From: an uncultured Chloroflexia bacterium
GTDB taxonomy: Bacteria > Chloroflexota > Anaerolineae > CG2-30-64-16
Direction of reading: 5' to 3'
DNA: 64,000 nt
Assembly: GCA_963774265.1 (NCBI GenBank)
Contig: CAVZDU010000007.1
Span: 416,001-480,000 of the forward strand
Shown here: positions 61,521 through 64,000 of the stretch, piece after piece
Layout of the letters: each line of letters opens with the position of its first letter
Position numbering within the stretch: the stretch's first letter is position 1
The notes under the pieces: generated by a model
Seen by the model: only the letters and a program-made list of their open reading frames with translations
Database searches by the model: none
What the model was told of the DNA's origin: nothing
Made by a program: the position numbers and the translations under genes

Positions 61521-63686
61521 TTATGCAAGGCGCAGGCGCAGCGTGAAACGCGTCCCTGCACCCGGTTCGCTGGTTACTTCAATCGTGCCGCCGAAGCCCT
61601 CCAGCTGGCCCTTCGTCCACCACAGGCCGAGGCCGTGCGCCGGCGCGTAGCTGTTGGATGTGGTGGAAGCGCCCGGCTCAAAGAGAGATGCGACACGCCA
61701 GGGTTCGATGCCCACGCCGGTGTCTCGCACCTCGATGGTGATGCGATCTTTGACCTGGCCGACGTGCGCGGTGACGCTCAGGCTGCCGCCAGCGGGCATG
61801 GCCTTCGAGGCGTTGTCGAACAGGTTCCAGAATACGCCCGCCAGGCTCGGACCGGCCAGGACGCGCATCGGTTCCGGGGGCAGAACGACATCGACGCGCA
61901 CATGGTCGTTGTTTGCCAGGCCCGCGCGGCCCAATGCCTCGGAGATCGCGGCCTGCAAAATCACCGGCGACGGCGCACGGCGCTTCAGCTCGGTGCGGAG
62001 TTCCTGAATGATCGATTTGGAGCGGCGGATGTCGCGTTCGGCGCGGGTTACAAATTGCTCCACATACGGATATTGCGCCACCAGGTCAGCGTAGAAGTCT
62101 TTGCGCTTCAGCATGTCGACCCAGCCGCTCAGCGCGCCGATGGGATTGTTGAGGCGATGCACGATGTCGCCGGCCAGCCCGCCAATGGCGGCCAACCGTT
62201 CAACCTCGAAGCGCCTGGCGCGCTCGACTGCAACAGCCGCCTGGCCGGCCAGCGCCTGGAGCGTGGCCGCGTGATCGGCCGTGAAGAAGCCGGGTGCAGG
62301 GCTTTCCAGGTTCAGCACACCGAACACGGTCTCGCCGCTGATCAATGGCACGGCCAGCTCGCTCTTCATCTCCTCACCCAGGTAGCGGCGATAGCGGGGA
62401 TCTCCTTCGACGTCCGGCAGGTAGTAGGCGTCGCGGCGGGCGAGCGCCTCTCCACTGACGGAGCTGGCGGCCTGCACCCGGGCGCCCACCGCTTCGCCGC
62501 CGGTGGTTGCCACGATAACGAGCTCATCCCCGTTGATTTCGAGCAGTTGGCCGAAGGTTGTGCCGCCGATAGCGAGGGCAGCGTCGAGCAAGGTGTGAAG
62601 GGCGGCGTTGTCACCTCGCGAGACTGCGTCGCGAAACGCTTCGCCGCGCCGCCGTCCCAGGTCTGTCAGGTTCGCCCGCTGCACTTCGGTGAAGCCGTCC
62701 TCGCGCGGTGTCTCCGCATTGAGAATCCCGGTGATGGTTTCGCCGTCGCCCGACCAAAGCGGCACGGCCAGTTCTGCGCGAATGCGCTCCTTCTCGCGCT
62801 CCAGTACACGTTGATACCGCGGCGCGCCCGAGGACTGGGGGATCAGGGCGGCAACGTGTCCCTCGACGGGAGACGCGACGACGAAGTATTCAGGCCGCGA
62901 GACGTCCGGCACGATCACAGGCCGCTGCGCCATCACCGCGAGCCCGCTGACAGAACCGTGCACGGCAAAGCGGAGGCCAATGTCGCGCGGGGGGGTGTTC
63001 GTGGTGTAGGCAACGACGAGATCCGCGCCCTCGCTCAGCAGGATTTGTCCAAACCGACCGCCGACGAGGCCCAGCGCGCGTTCGAGCACCGTGCGCACGA
63101 TGTCGGCGAGTTCCGTCTCGCGCGCCAGTTGCAGGCTGATGGCGCTCAACGCGGCCGCTTCCTGTCGTGAACGCGCTAGCTCGATGGCCAGCGCTGCGTG
63201 GTCTGCCAGCAGGCGCAACACCTCGATCTGTTCGGGTGCGAACGCATGCGGCTCGGCGCTCTCGATGTTCAGCGCGCCGATCGCCTCCTCGCCGATGAGC
63301 AGAGGGACCACCAGTTCGCTGCGCATCCGTTGCGTCGTGCTGCGCGAGGGTTTGTACACCCGGCGCAACTCGGGCGGCATGTGAGCAAGGTCGGGTATGA
63401 AGATAGGGGCGCGGCGTAACATGCTCTGACCGCTGACGCAATCTGCGACAGGGAATGACATGCCCTCATCGCCGCGGTGTGCCTCATCCGCGGCCCGGAC
63501 GCGCACCCGGTCGCCCTCGCGCAAGAAAAGCAGGCCGACATCAAACGGCGTCAGCTCGCGCGTCCGCCGCAAGACCTCGGCCAGAAACGCGTCCAGGTCG
63601 AGATCGGGCCGCAGCGCGTCGCGAACCAGATCGCGCGCGGTTCGGATCACCGTGTTCAGCTCGGCATCTTTGCGGTTGAGCATCAT
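61521..63686 (-). CDS. cytoplasmic multi-GAF histidine kinase
   Basis: Three SEL(A/V)VPL-type GAF motifs, HRLNNP, NLFDNA, DTGVG, GLGL. Confidence 0.9.
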   Translation of the reverse strand: MMLNRKDAELNTVIRTARDLVRDALRPDLDLDAFLAEVLRRTRELTPFDVGLLFLREGDRVRVRAADEAHRGDEGMSFPVADCVSGQSMLRRAPIFIPDLAHMPPELRRVYKPSRSTTQRMRSELVVPLLIGEEAIGALNIESAEPHAFAPEQIEVLRLLADHAALAIELARSRQEAAALSAISLQLARETELADIVRTVLERALGLVGGRFGQILLSEGADLVVAYTTNTPPRDIGLRFAVHGSVSGLAVMAQRPVIVPDVSRPEYFVVASPVEGHVAALIPQSSGAPRYQRVLEREKERIRAELAVPLWSGDGETITGILNAETPREDGFTEVQRANLTDLGRRRGEAFRDAVSRGDNAALHTLLDAALAIGGTTFGQLLEINGDELVIVATTGGEAVGARVQAASSVSGEALARRDAYYLPDVEGDPRYRRYLGEEMKSELAVPLISGETVFGVLNLESPAPGFFTADHAATLQALAGQAAVAVERARRFEVERLAAIGGLAGDIVHRLNNPIGALSGWVDMLKRKDFYADLVAQYPYVEQFVTRAERDIRRSKSIIQELRTELKRRAPSPVILQAAISEALGRAGLANNDHVRVDVVLPPEPMRVLAGPSLAGVFWNLFDNASKAMPAGGSLSVTAHVGQVKDRITIEVRDTGVGIEPWRVASLFEPGASTTSNSYAPAHGLGLWWTKGQLEGFGGTIEVTSEPGAGTRFTLRLRLA

Positions 63687-63790
63687 GATAGTCGATGAGA
63701 CGTGAGATACTTCTCGTACGGTGGTACGAGTATAGCGCAGCGCGGCCTGATGAGAAAATGTTGGGTGTCAGTGGGTGTTAGGTGGGCGTT

Positions 63791-63823
63791 AGGTGCCGGG
63801 CACTTCCAAAGTGCCCGGCACCT
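63791..63823. repeat. REP-like palindrome
   Basis: AGGTGCCGGGCACTTCCAAAGTGCCCGGCACCT. Confidence 0.9.
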
Positions 63824-63875
63824 GGAGGCGCCTGGACAGCACGTCCCGCACCACGACTGCACGACTGCACCGGTC

Positions 63876-64000
63876 TTATGGCAGCGGGGCCAGTTTCGCC
63901 GTGAAATGCCTCAGCATGGGCGCCTGCTCGACGATGCGGTAGCCTCGCAGCGCCCCCTTATCTGCGTTCACCGCGAGGATGACCTCCGCCAGGTAGTCCA
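63876..64000 (-). CDS. 3' end of tryptophanase / tyrosine phenol-lyase (partial)
   Basis: Minus strand DYLAEVILAVNADKGALRGYRIVEQAPMLRHFTAKLAPLP*; LRHFTA is the family C-terminal motif. Confidence 0.75.
   Translation of the reverse strand, partial: DYLAEVILAVNADKGALRGYRIVEQAPMLRHFTAKLAPLP

Noticed and set aside
63762-63870. Short tandem repeats TGGGTGTTAG and CACGACTG
   Set aside because: Only 2-3 degenerate copies beside a REP; no supportable function

Overview
GC-rich bacterial chromosomal window. Gene content and protein styles suggest Chloroflexota (Anaerolineae/Caldilineae-like); this is an inference. In order, it holds: S9 peptidase/GNAT/AKR genes; an ISAs1 insertion; a LacI-controlled sugar ABC operon; a non-pyrrolysine MttB; a stand-alone IS200-like Y1 transposase embedded in hairpin repeats; a complete 8-gene shikimate-Phe/Tyr operon under an apparent FYYYF leader-peptide attenuator; a NarL/HisKA_3 cluster with an acyltransferase; an alpha-2-macroglobulin; a Wzc-nucleotidyltransferase-S26 peptidase-HprK-like operon; a TipA-like MerR; a dense signal-transduction island where four promoters share a CTTAAG direct-repeat architecture; and the 3' end of a tryptophanase/tyrosine phenol-lyase gene. 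About 10 genes carry small frameshifting indels, mostly at CGCG, which are probably sequencing errors. No rRNA, tRNA or CRISPR array was seen. All calls come from motif recognition only; no searches were run.
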